Below, piece by piece: positions 1-8,880 of a stretch of DNA of 23,618 nt. Made by a program: the position numbers and the translations under genes. The stretch's first letter is position 1. Each line of letters opens with the position of its first letter. The DNA is from Psammoneis japonica. Lineage: Eukaryota. Under the pieces are notes generated by a model. It searched no databases and was not told where the DNA came from. It was given only the letters and a program-made list of their open reading frames with translations. The stretch lies in the NCBI GenBank assembly GCA_008632985.1, contig QPGO01000088.1, positions 310,001 through 333,618 on the forward strand, read 5' to 3'.

Positions 1-1124
1 TGCACTTGCAATGCATGGGCTTTGTTTGTTCAGTGTGCAGCCCACCAAGTGCCTGGTGTCTTGAACTCATTTTTCCCCTTCAGATCACATCTTGCTGAGA
101 TTCACATTGTGTGGCAGCTGCCAAGCCAGGATCTCAACTCCTTGCTCTGCAGCCCAGTCCACTCTGCAGGCAGCCCTTCTCTTTGCCAAACATCGATTGT
201 CTGTGGCTCTCCAACAGCTTTGCACAAATGCGAGTCAGTGATCTCATTCTGTCATCCTTCCCTGCACAGCACCCTGAATGGACAGTCACTGGGATGCTCC
301 TCCTTCTCCTCTTTCTTTGCATTGTTGCTCCACTGCTGCCAGCTTGAGGGGTGACAGGTTCCAGTCCCAGGTGGGACTCCGTGTGACATTGGGCCCGCAG
401 AATTCTGCGTGCGAGCTCCGCAGTGAATTTGTTGCGCAATGAAAATGCAAATGATTGCCAACAGAAAAAGATGCAATTTTACGAACGCATCTCCTCCTCC
501 ACACTTGCAGCACATCATTGACAGTTTGCCTGGGCATGTTCTTCAGACATTAAAGAACACACCCAGAGCATTTTCATTCTCATGAGTGTTGAAAATGGAA
601 AGCCTTTGGCTTCGCAAAATGGGGAGCATGAAACAATTTCATAGAACATCACATGCAGAAATCTGCGTGTGCGACATGCCATGCGATCCAAAAAACTCTT
701 GATGTCACAATGCAGCAGTGCGAGGTCCCACCTGGAGCTGGAACGTGTCGGGTGCCACAGAGCAAATCGAGCCCACAGACTGCCCTCCTTCTTGGATGAG
801 AGGCTGTGGACTGTGGATTGTCTTGTGACAAAGAGCACCCCCCCCCCCCCTTCATGAGCATCACCACAGCACTCATCAAACAAAGCAGATGATGCCAACA
901 GCTCACTCACACATTGCAATCAATCTGCTGGCAAGTGCGGAACTGCTTGCTTGTTTTTAGCCCTGTGATGTGCATCGTCGCATCGCAAGTGCACGTTTCC
1001 ACGCGCAGGTTCACTTCGGGCCACTGGGGCCCTGCGCACTGCGCCACTGATGCACTCGCATGCTCACGGTTTGGGTTGTGAATGCTGTGTTCTTCGCGGC
1101 TTGTTGCAGGTCACCGCTGCCCAC
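1..1124. mobile_element. TpA-depleted, probably repeat-derived island (family not identified; open at window edge)
   Basis: Only about 4 TA dinucleotides in 1-1140 (near 480, 551, 642, 958; hand count), with abundant TG/CA. Overlapping C/H-rich ORFs on both strands, none recognisable. TE origin is inferred from the same signature in the array and the Pif1 relic. Confidence 0.5.
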
Positions 1125-1938
1125 TGTGGAGGCAGACGGAAAGAACACAACCCTGGGCACAACTGTGCAGGGTCTAGCACTTCTTCTACAGGGTCACCAG
1201 GAAAGCACAGACACCGACTTCCGCTACATCAACCTGCAGCACCCTCCAAGACGCGCAGCTGCGAAGACAACCAAAAAAGAAAACGATCGCGACAATGGCC
1301 TCCCTTGCGTCGCTGACATCTGTGTCTATTTTTGCCGTATTTTCCCGTTTCTTTTCGCAGCATTCGGAGCTTTTATGCAAGCAATGTGATGGGCCAGTGG
1401 TGCTGGCGTTGAGTTCAATCCGTCGAGGCGGATTTGTCGCTGAAGGTGCAGTGCAGAAATTGTGAGAATGCAGCATCAACATGACGGATTTTTGTGATGT
1501 GCTGTTGTGTCTTTGGTGTTGTTTCTCACTTCTTGTCATCATTTTGACGCATGTGCTGTGAGGTGTCCACGGGGCTTGGGTTTTCATGGTGCTGACTTTC
1601 TCTTCGGAGCTTGTCGTTGAATGATCAAAATTGAGCTGCCACTGGAATTTATGGCAAAGAGTTGGCGGCGGTGACATCTCAACATCCCTTGGGCCGATTT
1701 TCGCGATTCTTGTTTCATCATCAATGGAAATTGTACAAGGAATCCAAGAGGCTTGGTTTTGTTGTGCAAAACTCCATTCTGTGCAGATGGATTTATTGGA
1801 TGCCGTGCGCACAGAAATGATGCTTCAATTGGAAGGGGTGCTCCAGCGATGTTGTGGATTGAACAAGGAAGAATGAAGCCCCAGACATGCACTGCATGTA
1901 ACAAGAATGTCAAACATGAATGTCAAACATGGCACGGG

Positions 1939-2250
1939 GTTTTTTGCGTCAGTTGATCGTGTCGGGTTGCCTTGATTTGACAGAACATTCCACGGCACCA
2001 ACCGGTTTGACACGCAGCTGGAAATCGGCTTCCTCCAGTGTTCCAACCAATTTGACCTTGCTTGCATGGGCAAGCTGTTGTCGCCTGGTTCGGGCGTTCC
2101 ATGCGCCTTTAGACCCATCCACCACGACATCGTTGGGGGTTGTTTGAATGGCCTCTGGTTGGTGAAGTCTTGTTCACATTGACAAGTCACCCCGCCAAGA
2201 AATGACGTGAGTGCCATCAAGGTTGGCTTGTGATGCTTTTTAGACGGCAT
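1939..2250 (-). pseudogene. N-terminal fragment of a Crypton-like (tyrosine-recombinase element) protein, unit 1
   Basis: MPSKKHHK...WMGLKAHGTPEP...ARSNWLEHWRKPISSCVSNRLVPWNVLSNQGNPTRS resembles the WMxxKAYGxPxP...RSxSLxYxKKAISYxMPN...WN...GNPTRS N-terminus I recall from stramenopile recombinase-associated TE proteins. Similarity stops after GNPTRSTD. Family recognition is from memory, not a search. Confidence 0.55.
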
Positions 2251-2425
2251 GGTCTCGGTTGCATTGTTGCATAAATCTGTCAAAAACGCGACGTGCCATG
2301 CAACAACCCGGTTGTTTCGATGCGGGAAAAATTCCCGTGCTTCCTCCACAAGAACACGGAAGATACGGTCGCTGAAGTGGGGTAACGGTCAGTACAATGT
2401 GTAGAATTCAACGGAGAAATACTAC

Positions 2426-2486
2426 GGAATACAACATGGGTTGTATTCCCGGGATAATGTGGAGGTAGACGGAAAGAATACAACCC
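2426..2486. repeat. Junction structure: 10-bp hairpin plus 11-bp inverted repeat across the unit junction
   Basis: GGAATACAAC-atgg-GTTGTATTCC at 2426-2449. GGGTTGTATTC (2438-2448) and GAATACAACCC (2476-2486) are inverted across the junction. Equivalent structures occur at the other junctions, and the hairpin is also at 6425-6448. Confidence 0.85.
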
Positions 2487-3271
2487 TGGGTACAACTGCG
2501 TAGGGTCTAGTACTTCTTCTACAGGGTCACCAGGAAAGCACAGACACCGACTTCCGCTACATCAACCTGCAGCACCCTCCAAGACGCGCAGCTGCGAAGA
2601 CAACCAAAAAAGAAAACGATCGCGACAATGGCCTCCCTTGCGTCGCTGATATCTATATCTATTTTTGCCGTATTTTCCCGTTTCTTTTCGCAGCATTCGG
2701 AGCTTTTATACAAGTAATGTGATGGGCTAGTGGTGCTGGCGTTGAGTTCAATCCGTCGAGGCGGATTTGTCGCTGAAGGTGCAGTGCAGAAATTGTGAGA
2801 ATGCAGCATCAACATGACGGATTTTTGTGATGTGCTATTGTATCTTTGGTGTTGTTTCTCACTTCTTGTCATTATTTTGACGTATGTGCTATAAGGTGTC
2901 CACGGGGCTTGGGTTTTTATGGTGCTGACTTTCTCTTCGGAACTTATCGTTGAATAATCAAAATTGAGCTGCCACTGGAATTTATGGCAAAGAGTTGGCG
3001 GCGGTGATATCTCAACATCCCTTGGGCCGATTTTCGCGATTCTTGTTTCATCATTAATGGAAATTGTACAAGGAATCCAAGAGGCTTGGTTTTGTTGTGC
3101 AAAATTCCATTCTGTGCAGATGGATTTATTGGATGCCGTGCGCACAGAAATGATGCTTCAATTGGAAGGGGCGCTCCAGCGATGTTGTGGATTGAACAAG
3201 GAAGAATGAAGCCCTAGACACGCACTGCATGTAACAAGAATATTAAATATGAATGTTAAACATGGCACGGG

Positions 3272-3583
3272 GTTTTTTACGTCAGTTGATCGTGTCGGGT
3301 TGCCTTGATTTGACAGAACATTCCACGGCACCAACCGGTTTGACATGTAGCTGGAAATCGGCTTCCTCCAGTGTTCCAACCAATTTGACCTTGCTTGCAT
3401 GGGCAAGCTGTTGTCGCCTGGTTCGGGCGTTCCATGCGCCTTTAGACCCATCCACCACGACATCGTTGGGGGTTGTTTGAATGGCCTCTGGTTGGTGAAG
3501 TCTTGTTCACATTGACAAGTCACCCCGCCAAGAAATGACGTGAGTGCCATCAAGGTTGGCTTGTGATGCTTTTTAGACGGCAT
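3272..3583 (-). pseudogene. Crypton-like protein fragment, unit 2
   Basis: Same as unit 1. Retains ISSYMSN where the other copies read ISSCVSN. Confidence 0.55.
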
Positions 3584-4604
3584 GGTCTCGGTTGCATTGT
3601 TGCATAAATCTATCAAAAACGCGACGTGCCATGCAACAACCCGGTTGTTTCGATGCGGGAAAAATTCCCGTGCTTCCTCCACAAGAACACGGAAGATACG
3701 GTCGCTGAAGTGGGGTGACGGTCAGTGCAATGTGTAGAATTCAACGGAGAAATACTACGGAATACAACATGGGTTGTATTCCCGGGATAATGTGGAGGTA
3801 GACGGAAAGAATACAACCCTGGGTACAACTGCGCAGGGTCTAGTGCTTCTTCTACAGGGTCACCAGGAAAGCACAGACACCGACTTCCGCTACATCAACC
3901 TGCAGCACCCTCCAAGACGCGCAGCTGCGAAGACAACCAAAAAAGAAAACGATCGCGACAATGGCCTCCCTTGCGTCGCTGACATCTGTGTCCATTTTTG
4001 CCGCATTTTCCCGTTTCTTTTCGCAGCATTCGGAGCTTTTACACAAGCAATGTGATGGGCCAGTGGTGCTGGCGTTGAGTTCAATCCGTCGAGGCGGGTT
4101 TGTCGCTGAAGGTGCAGTGCAGAAATTGTGAGAATGCAGCATCAACATGACGGATTTTTGTGATGTGCCATTGTGTCTTTGGTGTTGTTTCTCACTTCTT
4201 GTCATCATTTTGACGCATGTGCTGCAAGGTGTCCACGGGGCTTGGGTTTTTGTGGTGCTGACTTTCTCTTCGGAACTTGTCGTTGAACAATCAAAATTGA
4301 GCTGCCACTGGAATTTGTGGCAAAGAGTTGGCGGCGGTGATGTCTCAACATCCCTTGGGCCGATTTTCGCGATTCTTGTTTCATTGTTGATGGAAATTGT
4401 ACAAGGAATCCAAGAGGCTTGGTTTTGTTGTGCAAAACTCCATTCTGTGCAGATGGATTTGTTGGATGCCGTGCGCACAGAAATGATGCTTCAACTGGAA
4501 GGGGCGCTCCAGCGATGTTGTGGATTGAACAAGGAAGAATGAAGCCCTGGACACGCACCACATGCAACAAGAACATCAAGTGTGAGTGTCAAACATGGCA
4601 CGGG

Positions 4605-4916
4605 GTTTTTTACGTCAGTTGATTGTGTCGGGTTGCCTTGATTTGACAGAACATTCCACGGCACCAACCGGTTTGACACGCAGCTGGAAATCGGCTTCCT
4701 CCAGTGTTCCAACCAATTTGACCTTGCTTGCATGGGCAAGCTGTTGTCGCCTGGTTCGGGCGTTCCATGCACCTTTAGACCCATCCACCACGACATCGTT
4801 GGGGGTTGTTTGAATGGCCTCTGGTTGGTGAAGTCTTGTTCACATTGACAAGTCACCCCACCAAGAAATGACGTGAGTGCCATCAAGGTTGGCTTGCAAT
4901 GCTTTTTAGACGGCAT
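4605..4916 (-). pseudogene. Crypton-like protein fragment, unit 3
   Basis: Same as unit 1. Starts MPSKKHCK. Confidence 0.55.
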
Positions 4917-5937
4917 GGTCTCGGTTGCATTGTTGCATGAATCCATCAAAAACGCGACGCACCATGCAACAACCCGGTTGTTTCGACACGGGAAAAATTC
5001 CCGTGCTTCCTCCACAAGAACACGGAAGATGCAGTCGCTGAAGTGGGGCAACGGTCAGCACAATGTGTGGAATTCAACGGAGAAACACTACGGAGCACAA
5101 CATGGGTTGCATTCCCGGGACAATGTGGAGGTGGACGGAAAGAATGCAACCCTGGGTGCAGCTGCGCAGGGTCCAGCACTTCTTCTACAGGGTCACCAGG
5201 AAAGCACAGACACCGACTTCCGCTGCATCAACCTGCAGCACCCTCCAAGACGCGCAGCTGCGAAGACAACCAAAAAAGAAAACGACCGCGACAATGGCCT
5301 CCCTTGCATCGCTGATGTCTGCATCTGTTTTTGCCGCATTTTCCTGTTTCTTTTCGCAGCATTCGGAGCTTTCACACAAGCAACATGATGGGCCAGTGGT
5401 GCTGGCGTTGAGTTCAATCCGTCGAGGCGGATTTGTCGCTGAAGGTGCAGTGCAGAAATTGTGAGAATGCAGCATCAACATGACGGATTTTTGTGATGTG
5501 CCATTGCATCTTTGGTGTTGTTTCTCACTTCTTGTCATTGTTTTGACGTGTGTGCTGTGAGGTGTCCATGGGGCTTGGGTTTTTGTGGTGCTGACTTTCT
5601 CTTCGGAACTTGTCGTTGAATGATCAAAATTGAGCTGCCACTGGAATTTATGGCAAAGAGTTGGCGGCGGTGACATCTCAACATCCCTTGGGCCGATTTT
5701 CGCGATTCTTGTTTCATTGTCAATGGAAATTGTACAAGGAATCCAAGAAGCTTGGTTTTGTTGTGCAAAGTTCCATTCTGTGCAGATGGATTTGTTGGAT
5801 GCCGTGCGCACAGAAATGATGCTTCAATTGGAAGGGGTGCTCCAGCGATGTTGTGGATTGAACAAGGAAGAATGAAGCCCCAGACACGCACTGCATGTAA
5901 CAAGAACATCAAATGTGAGTGTCAAACATGGCACGGG

Positions 5938-6249
5938 GTTTTTTGCGTCAGTTGATCGTGTCGGGTTGCCTTGATTTGACAGAACATTCCACGGCACCAA
6001 CCGGTTTGACACGCAGCTGGAAATCGGCTTCCTCCAGTGTTCCAACCAATTTGACCTTGCTTGCATGGGCAAGCTGTTGTCGCCTGGTTCGGGCGTTCCA
6101 TGCGCCTTTGGACCCATCCACCACGACATCGTTGGGGGTTGTTTGAATGGCCTCTGGTTGGTGAAGTCTTGTTCACATTGACAAGTCACCCCGCCAAGAA
6201 ACAACGTGAGTGCCATCAAGGTTGGCTTGTAATACTTTTTAGACGGCAT
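5938..6249 (-). pseudogene. Crypton-like protein fragment, unit 4
   Basis: Same as unit 1. Retains MPSKKYYK (HH in units 1 and 2, HC in unit 3). Confidence 0.55.
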
Positions 6250-6555
6250 GGTCTCGGTTGTATTGTTGCATAAATCTATCAAAAACGCGACGTACCATGC
6301 AACAACCCGGTTGTTTCGATGCGGGAAAAATTCCCGTGCTTCCTCCACAAGAACACGGAAGATACGGTCGCTGAAGTGGGGTAACGGTCAGTACAATGTG
6401 TAGAATTCAACGGAGAAATACTACGGAATACAACATGGGTTGTATTCCCGGGATAATGTACTTGTATCACCGAGTTGTGCGTTGTTGTCTGCCTGTCAAC
6501 TGTCAACTTCTTATCATACAACCTCAACAACTTAGTGAAGCATGCGACGTAAGCT

Positions 6556-8790
6556 ATGGCGATGAATGTTGGATGGAGGTTGTTGTCATATTCAAACACA
6601 CGCAAATGTACACGGAGGTCTTTGTTTCAGTTTCTTGCCCGACGAAACTACAGCGATGAGCCTGTTTCGATACGCGACAATCCAGAAATGATCCAAGACA
6701 TTCCCTTGGAGGACGTTCGATGCTTTTGCTTTATAGCCCACGTTGATCACGGGAAATCTAGCTTAGCGTCACGCGTATTGGAACTGGCGGGGAACTTAGG
6801 TGCCGAAGCTCAAAATGAGGCGCTGCAAGCAGCTTTGAATCACGATCAGAAATTAGATGCCGATGACACTTCCAGCAATGTATCTGAAGCGATTGAAAGT
6901 CATTCGACGGATTCCAAGGAGAACGTTGCTCTGCTAGATACACTGTCTGTCGAAAAGCAACGAGGCATTACAGTCAAGGCATCGGCTGCCACCATGCTTT
7001 ACAAGCACCCTTCTGCTGTGGGCCCTCTTGGTGTGTTGTTGCTCAACATGGTGGACACCCCAGGCCACAGCGATTTCGGAACCGAAGTCTCGCGGTCACT
7101 TTCATTCGTTCAGGGTGCAATTTTGCTCCTGGATGCCACTCAGGGTATTCAAGCTCAAACATGGAATGTTCACGAAAAGGTAATGGCCATTCAGAAACGT
7201 CAGCTCGAACAACGTCAGGCGCAGCTCAAACTATTGGTGGCGTTGACAAAAGTAGATTTGAATCTTGCTCGGCCCATTCATGTTGCCTTGACAGTGTCTG
7301 AGTGGTTGTCTTGGGATGACCCTGATGATATCTTGTGGACAAGCGCTCGGAACCGTATAGGGATAGCCAAGGTATTGGATGCTGTTTGTCGAAACGTACC
7401 TTCACCGACGGCGTTATCGCTTGAGAATGACGACCAGCTTGTAGCGCAAGTTGTAGACTCCTATTTTGACCCGCTACGTGGTGTGGAGTGTGTCGTGCAA
7501 ATCCTCTCAGGGTCCATGGAGGAGGGGGACAAAATTGCAATTTGTAACAATCAAGATGGAACTGATGGAGACAGTACCCGGTCATTTTTTTCTGTGCAGG
7601 AAGTCGGGATACTGCTGCCAAGTAACTTCCGAACGAAAAAGCTGAGTCGAGGCCACATGGGTTACGTTCGCTTTGGACTGCGAGACCCAAGACAAGCTAT
7701 GCCGGGTACCATCTTGACACGACGACAGCATGTGGGAATTGCCTTACCTTCACATCTACTTATCGACAATGAAACTACAAGAAAGGCACAGGTATCAGTT
7801 TTGTACGCATCGGTTCATCCAACCGAAGCTGATGGCTTTGAAGAGCTTTGCCACGCGGTTGATAAGCTGGCGTTGAATGATACAGGTTTGGAAGTCTCCA
7901 AGACGTCATCCACCGGAAATCACGATGGAAACAGCGGCGGACCCTTTCTCGGCCCTGGTCTACGAGTCGGGTTTCAAGGCTTATTGCATGTAGAAGTATT
8001 CCGTCAACGACTTCTTGATGAATTCAATCTCGATGCAGTTGTAACCCCTCCGAAAGTTTCATATACCATCAAAATGTTTCCCAGCAAGAACAACAGAATA
8101 ACAGAACCTTACACATACGTTGTAGAAAACCTAACGGATTGGCCCAAACCAGGGACTAGATTTACAGTCCAAGAACCTGTGGTGCATGTGCGGATCGTCG
8201 CCCCCATGGAGCATGCCGGCAATATAATGGAGCTAGTGAAACGTAAACGAGGGCGGGACCTGTCAAGTCACCCCATGGACGAGGATACGTGGGTTTTCCA
8301 AGCAATCATGCCTTGGGGTGAAGTGGTCACGAATTTTGATAACGATCTGAAGAATGTCACAGCAGGCTACGGAAGTCTTGATACGTGGGAGGCTGACCCA
8401 CCGCTGCAAGAAGCAAATTTGTCCAAGGTTGATATCATGTTGAACGGAGAAATCGTAGAGCCTCTTTCGTTTGTTTGTCATGTCAGCGTTGCACAGACAG
8501 AAGGAAGAGTTGTCTGTGAAAAACTCAGAGAAACGTTGCCGCGCCAGCAGTTCGTAACTGTGATTCAGGCTGCGGAAAATGGGGGGCGAATTATTGCAAG
8601 TGCTCGTATTCAAGCTTATCGCAAAAACGTTTTGATTACCGGTGGCTCTAAATCCGTAGGTGGAGGTGACGTGACGAGAAAGAAGAAGCTCTTGGAGAAG
8701 CAGAAACGGGGCAAAAAACGACAGCAATCTACTGGAAGAGTCACCCTCAGCCAAGCCGCATTCAACAGTGTCATCACAAGATCGTCCTAG
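6556..8790 (+). CDS. GUF1: Translation factor GUF1/LepA (EF4) homologue, probably mitochondrial, 744 aa
   Basis: Motifs FCFIAHVDHGKSSLA (G1), LDTLSVEKQRGITVKA, DTPGHSDF (G3), GFQGLLHVEVFRQRL, LPRQQFVTVIQA and the LepA C-terminal GGDVTRKKKLLEKQKRGKKR. Arg-rich N-terminal presequence-like region. Intronless. Confidence 0.93.
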   Translation: MAMNVGWRLLSYSNTRKCTRRSLFQFLARRNYSDEPVSIRDNPEMIQDIPLEDVRCFCFIAHVDHGKSSLASRVLELAGNLGAEAQNEALQAALNHDQKLDADDTSSNVSEAIESHSTDSKENVALLDTLSVEKQRGITVKASAATMLYKHPSAVGPLGVLLLNMVDTPGHSDFGTEVSRSLSFVQGAILLLDATQGIQAQTWNVHEKVMAIQKRQLEQRQAQLKLLVALTKVDLNLARPIHVALTVSEWLSWDDPDDILWTSARNRIGIAKVLDAVCRNVPSPTALSLENDDQLVAQVVDSYFDPLRGVECVVQILSGSMEEGDKIAICNNQDGTDGDSTRSFFSVQEVGILLPSNFRTKKLSRGHMGYVRFGLRDPRQAMPGTILTRRQHVGIALPSHLLIDNETTRKAQVSVLYASVHPTEADGFEELCHAVDKLALNDTGLEVSKTSSTGNHDGNSGGPFLGPGLRVGFQGLLHVEVFRQRLLDEFNLDAVVTPPKVSYTIKMFPSKNNRITEPYTYVVENLTDWPKPGTRFTVQEPVVHVRIVAPMEHAGNIMELVKRKRGRDLSSHPMDEDTWVFQAIMPWGEVVTNFDNDLKNVTAGYGSLDTWEADPPLQEANLSKVDIMLNGEIVEPLSFVCHVSVAQTEGRVVCEKLRETLPRQQFVTVIQAAENGGRIIASARIQAYRKNVLITGGSKSVGGGDVTRKKKLLEKQKRGKKRQQSTGRVTLSQAAFNSVITRSS

Positions 8791-8880
8791 AAAAATATAG
8801 AGAAGCTTAACATCTCTTTTCTGTCGCAGAGGTGTCCTTTGTAGCGTTGGAAAAGTGAAGCATCCTCGGATCTATCTCAT

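Larger units (their letters stand above)
1125..6459. repeat. Head-to-tail tandem array of four 1333-bp units (starts 1125, 2458, 3791, 5124)
   Basis: TGTGGAGG-GACGGAAAGAA recurs at exact 1333-bp spacing. The array ends after TGT at 6457-6459, a 3-bp microhomology shared by both flanks and all junctions. The ORF track repeats with the same period (208-aa and 174/186-aa ORFs). Confidence 0.98.

Noticed and set aside
838..850. Poly-C run
   Set aside because: A simple homopolymer of unreliable length with no supportable function.
22..6348. Numerous short overlapping ORFs as real genes
   Set aside because: They have no recognisable domains apart from the Crypton-like fragment, and are explained by loss of TAA/TAG.
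1125..6459. Classical RIP (CpA>TpA) as the cause of the copy differences
   Set aside because: RIP would enrich TpA in repeats, but here they are TpA-void. Three-state TA/TG/CA sites and Tyr>Cys/His changes point the other way.
1125..6459. CpG deamination alone
   Set aside because: It gives TG/CA from CG but cannot explain TA at the same sites or the loss of TA. Many CpGs remain intact in the units.
1125..6459. CRISPR array, LTRs, or a pure assembly duplication
   Set aside because: There are no spacers and no internal domain between repeats. The copies differ by many context-specific substitutions, which argues against simple duplication of one read, though spanning reads should confirm this.
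8263..8754. Antisense ORFs inside GUF1 (also within the CDT1-like and other genes)
   Set aside because: These are shadow frames of real coding sequence with no independent evidence.
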